DNA of 64,000 nucleotides from Eledone cirrhosa. Its lineage: Eukaryota. The stretch spans positions 682,001-746,000 of the forward strand of contig OZ024744.1 in assembly GCA_964016885.1 (NCBI GenBank), read 5' to 3'. A model generated the notes under the pieces. That model saw only the letters and a list, made by a program, of their open reading frames with translations, was not told the DNA's origin and did no database searches. A program made the position numbers and the translations under genes. Positions 22,411-34,199 of this stretch are shown piece after piece. Positions within the stretch are counted from its first letter, which is position 1; the number at the start of each line of letters is the position of its first letter.

Positions 22411-25400
22411 AGAACGAAATTTTGAGGGAAGACAAGGTAGAGAAAAATAGCTTGGTGAAGAACGACGTTTTGAGGGAAGACAAGGTAGAGAAAGATAGCT
22501 TGGTGAAGAACGAAGTTTTGGGGGAAGACAAGGTAGAGAAAGATAGCTTGATGAAGTACGAAGTTTTGGGGGAAGACAAGGTAGAGAAAGATAGCTTGGT
22601 AAAGAACGACGTTTTGAGGGAAGACAAGGTAGAAAAAGATAGCTTGGTGAAGAACGAAGTTTTGGGGGAAGACAAGGTAGAGAAAGATAGCTTGATGAAG
22701 TACGAAGTTTTGGGGGAAGACAAGGTAGAGAAAGATAGCTTGGTGAAGAACGACGTTTTGTGGGAAGACAAGGTAGAGAAACATAGTTGGTGAAGAACGA
22801 AGTTTTGAGGGAAGACAAGGTAGAGAAAGATAGCTTGATGAAGAACGAAGTTTTGAGGGAAGACAAGGTAGAGAAAGATAGCTTGGTGAAGAACGAAGTT
22901 TTGAGGGAAGACAAGGTAGAGAAAGATAGCTTCATGAAGAACGAAGTTTTGAGGGAAGACAAGGTAGAGAAAGGTAGCTTGGTGAAGAACGAAGTTTTGA
23001 GGGTAGACAAAGTATAGAAAGATAGCTTGGTGAAGAACGAGGTTTTGGGGGAAGACAATGTAGAGAAAGATAGCTTGATGAAGAACGAAGTTTTGCGGGA
23101 AGACAAGGAAGAGAAAGATAGCTTGGTGAAGAACGAAGTTTTGAGGGAAGACAAGGTAGAGAAAGATAGCTTGGTGAAGAACGAAGTTTTGGGGGAAGAC
23201 AAGGTAGAGAAAGATAGCTTGGTGAAGAACGAAGTTTTGCGGGAAGACAAGGTAGAGAAATATAGCTCGGTGAAGAACGAAATTTTGAGGGAAGACAAGG
23301 TAGAGAAAGATAGCTTGGTGAAGAACGAAGTTTTGGGGGAAGACAAGGTAGAGAAAGATAGCCTGGTGAAGAACGAAGTTTTGAGGAAGACAAGGTAGAG
23401 AAAGATAGCTTGGTGAAGAACGAAGTTTTGGGGGAAGACAAGGTAGAGAAAGATAGCTTGGTGAAGAACGAAGTTTTGAGGGAAGACAAGGTAGAGAAAG
23501 ATAGCTTGGTGAAGAACGACGTTTTGAGGGAACACAAGGTAGAGAAAGATAGCTTGGTGAAGAACGAAGTTTTGGGGGAAGACAAGGTAGAGAAAGATAG
23601 CTTGATGAAGTACGAAGTTTTGGGGGAAGACAAGGTAGAGAAAGATAGCTTGGTGAAGAACGACGTTTTGTGGGAAGACAAGGTAGAGAAACATAGTTGG
23701 TGAAGAACGAAGTTTTGAGGGAAGACAAGGTAGAGAAAGATAGCTTGATGAAGAACGAGGTTTTGAGGGAAGACAAGGTAGAGAAAGATAGCTTGGTGAA
23801 GAACGAAGTTTTGAGGGAAGACAAGGTAGAGAAAGATAGCTTGATGAAGAACGAAGTTTTGAGGGAAGACAAGGTAGAGAAAGATAGCTTGATGAAGTAC
23901 GAAGTTTTGGGGGAAGACAAGGTAGAGAAAGATAGCTTGGTGAAGAACGAAGTTTTGAGGGAAGACAAGGTAGAGAAAGATAGCTTGATGAAGAACGAAG
24001 TTTTGAGGGAAGACAAGGTAGAGAAAGATAGCTTGGTGAAGAACGAAGTTTTGAGGGAAGACAAAATATAGAAAGATAGCTTGGTGAAGAACGAAGTTTT
24101 GGGGGAAGACAATGTAGAGAAAGATAGCTTGATGAAGAACGAAGTTTTGGGGGAAGACAAGGTAGAGAAAGATAGCTTGGTGAAGAACGAAGTTTTGAGG
24201 GAAGACAAGGTAGAGAAAGATAGCTTGGTGAAGAACGAAGTTTTGGGGGAAGACAAGGTAGAGAAAGATAGCTTGGTGAAGAACGAAGTTTTGAGGGAAG
24301 ACAAGGTAGAGAAAGATAGCTTGGTGAAGAACGAAGTTTTGGGGGAAGACAAGGTAGAGAAAGATAGCTTGGTGAAGAACGAAGTTTTGAGGGAAGACAA
24401 GGTAGAGAAAGATAGTTGGTGAAGAACGAAATTTTGAGGGAAGACAAGGTAGAGAAAAATAGCTTGGTGAAGAACGACGTTTTGAGGGAAGACAAGGTAG
24501 AGAAAGATAGCTTGGTGAAGAACGAAGTTTTGGGGGAAGACAAGGTAGAGAAAGATAGCTTGATGAAGTACGAAGTTTTGGGGGAAGACAAGGTAGAGAA
24601 AGATAGCTTGGTGAAGAACGACGTTTTGAGGGAAGACAAGGTAGAGAAAGATAGCTTGGTGAAGAACGAAGTTTTGGGGGAAGACAAGGTAGAGAAAGAT
24701 AGCTTGATGAAGTACGAAGTTTTGGGGGAAGACAAGGTAGAGAAAGATAGCTTGGTGAAGAACGACGTTTTGTGGGAAGACAAGGTAGAGAAACATAGTT
24801 GGTGAAGAACGAAGTTTTGAGGGAAGACAAGGTAGAGAAAGATAGCTTGATGAAGAACGAAGTTTTGAGGGAAGACAAGGTAGAGAAAGATAGCTTGGTG
24901 AAGAACGAAGTTTTGAGGGAAGACAAGGTAGAGAAAGATAGCTTCATGAAGAACGAAGTTTTGAGGGAAGACAAGGTAGAGAAAGATAGCTTGGTGAAGA
25001 ACGAAGTTTTGAGGGAAGACAAAGTATAGAAAGATAGCTTGGTGAAGAACGAAGTTTTGGGGGAAGACAATGTAGAGAAAGATAGCTTGATGAAGAACGA
25101 AGTTTTGGGGGAAGACAAGGTAGAGAAAGATAGCTTGGTGAAGAACGAAGTTTTGAGGGAAGACAAGGTAGAGAAAGATAGCTTGGTGAAGAACGAAGTT
25201 TTGGGGGAAGACAAGGTAGAGAAAGATAGCTTGGTGAAGAACGAAGTTTTGAGGGAAGACAAGGTAGAGAAAGATAGCTTGGTGAAGAACGAAGTTTTGG
25301 GGGAAGACAAGGTAGAGAAAGATAGCTTGGTGAAGAACGAAGTTTTGAGGGAAGACAAGGTACAGAAAGATAGTTGGTGAAGAACGAAATTTTGATGGAA

Positions 25401-26576
25401 GACAAGGTAGAGAAAGATAGCTTGGTGAAGAACGACGTTTTGAGGGAAGACAAGGTAGAGAAAGATAGCTTGGTGAAGAACGACGTTTTGAGGGAAGACA
25501 AGGTAGAGAAAGATAGCTTGGTGAAGAACGAAGTTTTGGGGGAAGACAAGGTAGAGAAAGATAGCTTGATGAAGTACGAAGTTTTGGGGGAAGACAAGGT
25601 AGAGAAAGATAGCTTGGTGAAGAACGACGTTTTGTGGGAAGACAAGGTAGAGAAACATAGTTGGTGAAGAACGAAATTTTGAGGGAAGACAAGGTAGAGA
25701 AAGATAGCTTGGTGAAGAACGAAGTTTTGAGGGAAGACAAGGTAGAGAAAGATAGCTTGATGAAGTACGAAGTTTTGAGGGAAGACAAGGTAGAGAAAGA
25801 TAGCTTGGTGAAGAACGAAGTTTTGGGGGAAGACAAGGTAGAGAAATATAGCTCGGTGAAGAACGAAGTTTTGAGGGAAGACAAGGTAGAGAAAGATAGC
25901 TTGGTGAAGAACGAAGTTTTGGGGGAAGACAAGGTAGAGAAAGATAGCTTGGTGAAGAACGAAGTTTTGAGGGAAGACTAGGTAGAGAAAGATAGCTTGA
26001 TGAAGAACGAAGTTTTGAGGGAAGACAAGGTAGAGAAAGATAGCTTGGTGAAGAACGAAGTTTTGGGGGAAGACAAGGTAGAGAAAGATAGCTTGGTGAA
26101 GAACGAAGGTTTGAGGGAAGACAAGGTAGAGAAAGATAGCTTGGTGAAGAACGAAGTTTTGGGGGAAGACAAGGTAGAGAAAGATAGCTTGGTGAAGAAC
26201 GAAGTTTTGGGGAAGACAAGGTAGAGAAAGATAGCTTGGTGAAGAACGAAGTTATGAGGGAAGACAGGGTAGAGAAAGATAGTTGGTGAAGAACGAAGTT
26301 TTGAGGGAAGACAAGGTAGAGAAAGATAGCTTGGTGAAGAACGACGTTTTGAGGGAAGACAAGGTAGAGAAAGATAGCTTGGTGAAGAACGAAGTTTTGG
26401 GGGAAGACAATCTAGAGAAAGATAGGTTGGTGAAGAACGAAGTTTTGAGGGAAGACAAGGTAGAGAAAGATAGCTTGGTGAAGAACGAAGTTTTGGGGGA
26501 AGACAAGGTAGAGAAAGATAGCTTGGTGAAGAACGAAGTTTTGAGGGAAGACAAGGTAGAGAAAGATAGTTGGTGA
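22069..26576. repeat. Roughly 4.2-4.5 kb HOR block, with further copies at about 29204-32753 (offset 6177) and about 39213-43368 (offset 17144) and a partial copy from 26665 (offset 4261)
   Basis: Constant offsets across many ORF landmarks, e.g. 23027/29204/40171, 24416/30593/41560, 25374/31551/42518 and 25997/32174/43141. The private motif GTACAGAAAGATAGTTGGTGAAGAACGAAATTTTGATGG occurs at about 25360, 31537 and 42504. Confidence 0.9.
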
Positions 26577-29500
26577 AGAACGAAGTTTTGAGGGAAGACA
26601 AGGTAGAGAAAGATAGCTTGGTGAAGAACGAAGTTTTGAGGGAAGACAAGGTAGAGAAAGATAGTTGGTGAAGAACGAAATTTTGAGGGAAGACAAGGTA
26701 GAGAAAAATAGCTTGGTGAAGAACGACGTTTTGAGGGAAGACAAGGTAGAGAAAGATAGCTTGGTGAAGAACGAAGTTTTGGGGGAAGACAAGGTAGAGA
26801 AAGATAGCTTGATGAAGTACGAAGTTTTGGGGGAAGACAAGGTAGAGAAAGATAGCTTGGTAAAGAACGACGTTTTGAGGGAAGACAAGGTAGAGAAAGA
26901 TAGCTTGGTGAAGAACGAAGTTTTGGGGGAAGACAAGGTAGAGAAAGATAGCTTGATGAAGTACGAAGTTTTGGGGGAAGACAAGGTAGAGAAAGATAGC
27001 TTGGTGAAGAACGACGTTTTGTGGGAAGACAAGGTAGAGAAACATAGTTGGTGAAGAACGAAGTTTTGAGGGAAGACAAGGTAGAGAAAGATAGCTTGAT
27101 GAAGAACGAAGTTTTGAGGGAAGACAAGGTAGAGAAAGATAGCTTGGTGAAGAACGAAGTTTTGAGGGAAGACAAGGTAGAGAAAGATAGCTTCATGAAG
27201 AACGAAGTTTTGAGGGAAGACAAGGTAGAGAAAGGTAGCTTGGTGAAGAACGAAGTTTTGAGGGTAGACAAAGTATAGAAAGATAGCTTGGTGAAGAACG
27301 AGGTTTTGGGGGAAGACAATGTAGAGAAAGATAGCTTGATGAAGAACGAAGTTTTGCGGGAAGACAAGGAAGAGAAAGATAGCTTGGTGAAGAACGAAGT
27401 TTTGAGGGAAGACAAGGTAGAGAAAGATAGCTTGGTGAAGAACGAAGTTTTGGGGGAAGACAAGGTAGAGAAAGATAGCTTGGTGAAGAACGAAGTTTTG
27501 CGGGAAGACAAGGTAGAGAAATATAGCTCGGTGAAGAACGAAATTTTGAGGGAAGACAAGGTAGAGAAAGATAGCTTGGTGAAGAACGAAGTTTTGGGGG
27601 AAGACAAGGTAGAGAAAGATAGCCTGGTGAAGAACGAAGTTTTGAGGAAGACAAGGTAGAGAAAGATAGCTTGGTGAAGAACGAAGTTTTGGGGGAAGAC
27701 AAGGTAGAGAAAGATAGCTTGGTGAAGAACGAAGTTTTGAGGGAAGACAAGGTAGAGAAAGATAGCTTGGTGAAGAACGACGTTTTGAGGGAACACAATG
27801 TAGAGAAAGATAGCTTGGTGAAGAACGAAGTTTTGGGGGAAGACAAGGTAGAGAAAGATAGCTTGATGAAGTACGAAGTTTTGGGGGAAGACAAGGTAGA
27901 GAAAGATAGCTTGGTGAAGAACGACGTTTTGTGGGAAGACAAGGTAGAGAAACATAGTTGGTGAAGAACGAAGTTTTGAGGGAAGACAAGGTAGAGAAAG
28001 ATAGCTTGATGAAGAACGAGGTTTTGAGGGAAGACAAGGTAGAGAAAGATAGCTTGGTGAAGAACGAAGTTTTGAGGGAAGACAAGGTAGAGAAAGATAG
28101 CTTGATGAAGAACGAAGTTTTGAGGGAAGACAAGGTAGAGAAAGATAGCTTGATGAAGTACGAAGTTTTGGGGGAAGACAAGGTAGAGAAAGATAGCTTG
28201 GTGAAGAACGAAGTTTTGAGGGAAGACAAGGTAGAGAAAGATAGCTTGATGAAGAACGAAGTTTTGAGGGAAGACAAGGTAGAGAAAGATAGCTTGGTGA
28301 AGAACGAAGTTTTGAGGGAAGACAAAGTATAGAAAGATAGCTTGGTGAAGAACGAAGTTTTGGGGGAAGACAATGTAGAGAAAGATAGCTTGATGAAGAA
28401 CGAAGTTTTGGGGGAAGACAAGGTAGAGAAAGATAGCTTGGTGAAGAACGAAGTTTTGAGGGAAGACAAGGTAGAGAAAGATAGCTTGGTGAAGAACGAA
28501 GTTTTGGGGGAAGACAAGGTAGAGAAAGATAGCTTGGTGAAGAACGAAGTTTTGAGGGAAGACAAGGTAGAGAAAGATAGCTTGGTGAAGAACGAAGTTT
28601 TGGGGGAAGACAAGGTAGAGAAAGATAGCTTGGTGAAGAACGAAGTTTTGAGGGAAGACAAGGTAGAGAAAGATAGTTGGTGAAGAACGAAATTTTGAGG
28701 GAAGACAAGGTAGAGAAAAATAGCTTGGTGAAGAACGACGTTTTGAGGGAAGACAAGGTAGAGAAAGATAGCTTGGTGAAGAACGAAGTTTTGGGGGAAG
28801 ACAAGGTAGAGAAAGATAGCTTGATGAAGTACGAAGTTTTGGGGGAAGACAAGGTAGAGAAAGATAGCTTGGTGAAGAACGACGTTTTGAGGGAAGACAA
28901 GGTAGAGAAAGATAGCTTGGTGAAGAACGAAGTTTTGGGGGAAGACAAGGTAGAGAAAGATAGCTTGATGAAGTACGAAGTTTTGGGGGAAGACAAGGTA
29001 GAGAAAGATAGCTTGGTGAAGAACGACGTTTTGTGGGAAGACAAGGTAGAGAAACATAGTTGGTGAAGAACGAAGTTTTGAGGGAAGACAAGGTAGAGAA
29101 AGATAGCTTGATGAAGAACGAAGTTTTGAGGGAAGACAAGGTAGAGAAAGGTAGCTTGGTGAAGAACGAAGTTTTGAGGGTAGACAAAGTATAGAAAGAT
29201 AGCTTGGTGAAGAACGAGGTTTTGGGGGAAGACAATGTAGAGAAAGATAGCTTGATGAAGAACGAAGTTTTGCGGGAAGACAAGGAAGAGAAAGATAGCT
29301 TGGTGAAGAACGAAGTTTTGAGGGAAGACAAGGTAGAGAAAGATAGCTTGGTGAAGAACGAAGTTTTGGGGGAAGACAAGGTAGAGAAAGATAGCTTGGT
29401 GAAGAACGAAGTTTTGCGGGAAGACAAGGTAGAGAAATATAGCTCGGTGAAGAACGAAATTTTGAGGGAAGACAAGGTAGAGAAAGATAGCTTGGTGAAG

Positions 29501-32500
29501 AACGAAGTTTTGGGGGAAGACAAGGTAGAGAAAGATAGCCTGGTGAAGAACGAAGTTTTGAGGAAGACAAGGTAGAGAAAGATAGCTTGGTGAAGAACGA
29601 AGTTTTGGGGGAAGACAAGGTAGAGAAAGATAGCTTGGTGAAGAACGAAGTTTTGAGGGAAGACAAGGTAGAGAAAGATAGCTTGGTGAAGAACGACGTT
29701 TTGAGGGAACACAATGTAGAGAAAGATAGCTTGGTGAAGAACGAAGTTTTGGGGGAAGACAAGGTAGAGAAAGATAGCTTGATGAAGTACGAAGTTTTGG
29801 GGGAAGACAAGGTAGAGAAAGATAGCTTGGTGAAGAACGACGTTTTGTGGGAAGACAAGGTAGAGAAACATAGTTGGTGAAGAACGAAGTTTTGAGGGAA
29901 GACAAGGTAGAGAAAGATAGCTTGATGAAGAACGAGGTTTTGAGGGAAGACAAGGTAGAGAAAGATAGCTTGGTGAAGAACGAAGTTTTGAGGGAAGACA
30001 AGGTAGAGAAAGATAGCTTGATGAAGAACGAAGTTTTGAGGGAAGACAAGGTAGAGAAAGATAGCTTGATGAAGTACGAAGTTTTGGGGGAAGACAAGGT
30101 AGAGAAAGATAGCTTGGTGAAGAACGAAGTTTTGAGGGAAGACAAGGTAGAGAAAGATAGCTTGATGAAGAACGAAGTTTTGAGGGAAGACAAGGTAGAG
30201 AAAGATAGCTTGGTGAAGAACGAAGTTTTGAGGGAAGACAAAGTATAGAAAGATAGCTTGGTGAAGAACGAAGTTTTGGGGGAAGACAATGTAGAGAAAG
30301 ATAGCTTGATGAAGAACGAAGTTTTGGGGGAAGACAAGGTAGAGAAAGATAGCTTGGTGAAGAACGAAGTTTTGAGGGAAGACAAGGTAGAGAAAGATAG
30401 CTTGGTGAAGAACGAAGTTTTGGGGGAAGACAAGGTAGAGAAAGATAGCTTGGTGAAGAACGAAGTTTTGAGGGAAGACAAGGTAGAGAAAGATAGCTTG
30501 GTGAAGAACGAAGTTTTGGGGGAAGACAAGGTAGAGAAAGATAGCTTGGTGAAGAACGAAGTTTTGAGGGAAGACAAGGTAGAGAAAGATAGTTGGTGAA
30601 GAACGAAATTTTGAGGGAAGACAAGGTAGAGAAAAATAGCTTGGTGAAGAACGACGTTTTGAGGGAAGACAAGGTAGAGAAAGATAGCTTGGTGAAGAAC
30701 GAAGTTTTGGGGGAAGACAAGGTAGAGAAAGATAGCTTGATGAAGTACGAAGTTTTGGGGGAAGACAAGGTAGAGAAAGATAGCTTGGTGAAGAACGACG
30801 TTTTGAGGGAAGACAAGGTAGAGAAAGATAGCTTGGTGAAGAACGAAGTTTTGGGGGAAGACAAGGTAGAGAAAGATAGCTTGATGAAGTACGAAGTTTT
30901 GGGGGAAGACAAGGTAGAGAAAGATAGCTTGGTGAAGAACGACGTTTTGTGGGAAGACAAGGTAGAGAAACATAGTTGGTGAAGAACGAAGTTTTGAGGG
31001 AAGACAAGGTAGAGAAAGATAGCTTGATGAAGAACGAAGTTTTGAGGGAAGACAAGGTAGAGAAAGATAGCTTGGTGAAGAACGAAGTTTTGAGGGAAGA
31101 CAAGGTAGAGAAAGATAGCTTCATGAAGAACGAAGTTTTGAGGGAAGACAAGGTAGAGAAAGATAGCTTGGTGAAGAACGAAGTTTTGAGGGAAGACAAA
31201 GTATAGAAAGATAGCTTGGTGAAGAACGAAGTTTTGGGGGAAGACAATGTAGAGAAAGATAGCTTGATGAAGAACGAAGTTTTGGGGGAAGACAAGGTAG
31301 AGAAAGATAGCTTGGTGAAGAACGAAGTTTTGAGGGAAGACAAGGTAGAGAAAGATAGCTTGGTGAAGAACGAAGTTTTGGGGGAAGACAAGGTAGAGAA
31401 AGATAGCTTGGTGAAGAACGAAGTTTTGAGGGAAGACAAGGTAGAGAAAGATAGCTTGGTGAAGAACGAAGTTTTGGGGGAAGACAAGTTAGAGAAAGAT
31501 AGCTTGGTGAAGAACGAAGTTTTGAGGGAAGACAAGGTACAGAAAGATAGTTGGTGAAGAACGAAATTTTGATGGAAGACAAGGTAGAGAAAGATAGCTT
31601 GGTGAAGAACGACGTTTTGAGGGAAGACAAGGTAGAGAAAGATAGCTTGGTGAAGAACGACGTTTTGAGGGAAGACAAGGTAGAGAAAGATAGCTTGGTG
31701 AAGAACGAAGTTTTGGGGGAAGACAAGGTAGAGAAAGATAGCTTGATGAAGTACGAAGTTTTGGGGGAAGACAAGGTAGAGAAAGATAGCTTGGTGAAGA
31801 ACGACGTTTTGTGGGAAGACAAGGTAGAGAAACATAGTTGGTGAAGAACGAAATTTTGAGGGAAGACAAGGTAGAGAAAGATAGCTTGGTGAAGAACGAA
31901 GTTTTGAGGGAAGACAAGGTAGAGAAAGATAGCTTGATGAAGTACGAAGTTTTGAGGGAAGACAAGGTAGAGAAAGATAGCTTGGTGAAGAACGAAGTTT
32001 TGGGGGAAGACAAGGTAGAGAAATATAGCTCGGTGAAGAACGAAGTTTTGAGGGAAGACAAGGTAGAGAAAGATAGCTTGGTGAAGAACGAAGTTTTGGG
32101 GGAAGACAAGGTAGAGAAAGATAGCTTGGTGAAGAACGAAGTTTTGAGGGAAGACTAGGTAGAGAAAGATAGCTTGATGAAGAACGAAGTTTTGAGGGAA
32201 GACAAGGTAGAGAAAGATAGCTTGGTGAAGAACGAAGTTTTGGGGGAAGACAAGGTAGAGAAAGATAGCTTGGTGAAGAAAGAAGGTTTGAGGGAAGACA
32301 AGGTAGAGAAAGATAGCTTGGTGAAGAACGAAGTTTTGGGGGAAGACAAGGTAGAGAAAGATAGCTTGGTGAAGAACGAAGTTTTGGGGAAGACAAGGTA
32401 GAGAAAGATAGCTTGGTGAAGAACGAAGTTATGAGGGAAGACAGGGTAGAGAAAGATAGTTGGTGAAGAACGAAGTTTTGAGGGAAGACAAGGTAGAGAA

Positions 32501-34199
32501 AGATAGCTTGGTGAAGAACGACGTTTTGAGGGAAGACAAGGTAGAGAAAGATAGCTTGGTGAAGAACGAAGTTTTGGGGGAAGACAATCTAGAGAAAGAT
32601 AGGTTGGTGAAGAACGAAGTTTTGAGGGAAGACAAGGTAGAGAAAGATAGCTTGGTGAAGAACGAAGTTTTGGGGGAAGACAAGGTAGAGAAAGATAGCT
32701 TGGTGAAGAACGAAGTTTTGAGGGAAGACAAGGTAGAGAAAGATAGTTGGTGAAGAACGAAGTTTTGAGGGAAGACAAGGTAGAGAAAGATAGCTTGGTG
32801 AAGAACGACGTTTTGAGGGAAGACAAGGTAGAGAAAGATAGCTTGGTGAAGAACGAAGTTTTGGTGGAAGACAAGGTAGAGAAAGATAGCTTGATGAAGT
32901 ACGAAGTTTTGGGGGAAGACAAGGTAGAGAAAGATAGCTTGGTGAAGAACGACGTTTTGTGGGAAGACAAGGTAGAGAAACATAGTTGGTGAAGAACGAA
33001 GTTTTGATGGAAGACAAGGTAGAGAAAGATAGCTTGATGAAGTACGAAGTTTTGGGGGAAGACAAGGTAGAGAAAGATAGCTTGGTGAAGAACGAAGTTT
33101 TGAGGGAAGACAAGGTAGAGAAAGATAGCTTGATGAAGAACGAAGTTTTGAGGGAAGACAAGGTAGAGAAAGATAGCTTGGTGAAGAACGAAGTTTTGAG
33201 GGGAGACAAAGTATAGAAAGATAGCTTGGTGAAGAACGAAGTTTTGGGGGAAGACAATGTAGAGAAAGATAGCTTGATGAAGAACGAAGTTTTGGGGAAG
33301 ACAAGGTAGAGAAAGATAGCTTGGTGAAGAACGAAGTTTTGAGGGAAGACAAGGTAGAGAAAGATAGCTTGGTGAAGAACGAAGTTTTGGGGGAAGACAA
33401 GGTAGAGAAAGATAGCTTGGTGAAGAACGAAGTTTTGAGGGAAGACAAGGTAGAGAAAGATAGCTTGGTGAAGAACGAAGTTTTGGGGGAAGACAAGGTA
33501 GAGAAAGATAGCTTGGTGAAGAACGAAGTTTTGAGGGAAGACAAGGTAGAGAAAGATAGTTGGTAAAGAACGAAGTTTTGAAGGAAGACAAGGTAGAGAA
33601 AGATAGCTTGGTGAAGAACGACGTTTTGAGGGAAGACAAGGTATAGAAAGATAGCTTGGTGAAGAACGACGTTTTGGGGGAAGACAAGGTAGAGAAAGAT
33701 AGCTTGATGAAGTACGAAGTTTTGGGGGAAGACAAGGTAGAGAAAGATAGCTTGGTGAAGAACGACGTTTTGTGGGAAGACAAGGTAGAGAAACATAGTT
33801 GGTGAAGAACGAAGTTTTGAGGGAAGACAAGGTAGAGAAAGATAGCTTGATGAAGAACGAGGTTTTGAGGGAAGACAAGGTAGAGAAAGATAGCTTGGTG
33901 AAGAACGAAGTTTTGAGGTAAGACAAGGTAGAGAAAGATAGCTTGGTGAAGAACAAAGTTTTGGGGGAAGACAAGGTAGAGAAAGATAGCTTGGTGAAGA
34001 ACGAAGTATTGAGGGAAGACTCGGTAGAGAAAGATAGCTTGGTGAAGAACGATGTTTTGAGGGAAGACAAGGTAGAGAAAGATAGCTTGGTGAAGAACGA
34101 AGTTTTGGGGGAAGACAAGGTAGAGAAAGATAGCTTGGTAAAGAACGACGTTTTGAGGGAAGACAAGGTAGAGAAAGATAGCTTGGTGAAGAACGAAGT

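Noticed and set aside
13731-22784. Giant minus-strand ORFs (1,000-3,700 aa) as CDS
   Set aside because: All three frames are open and overlap because the monomer lacks reverse stops. The products switch frame-peptides at each deletion, which is not the behaviour of a selected protein.
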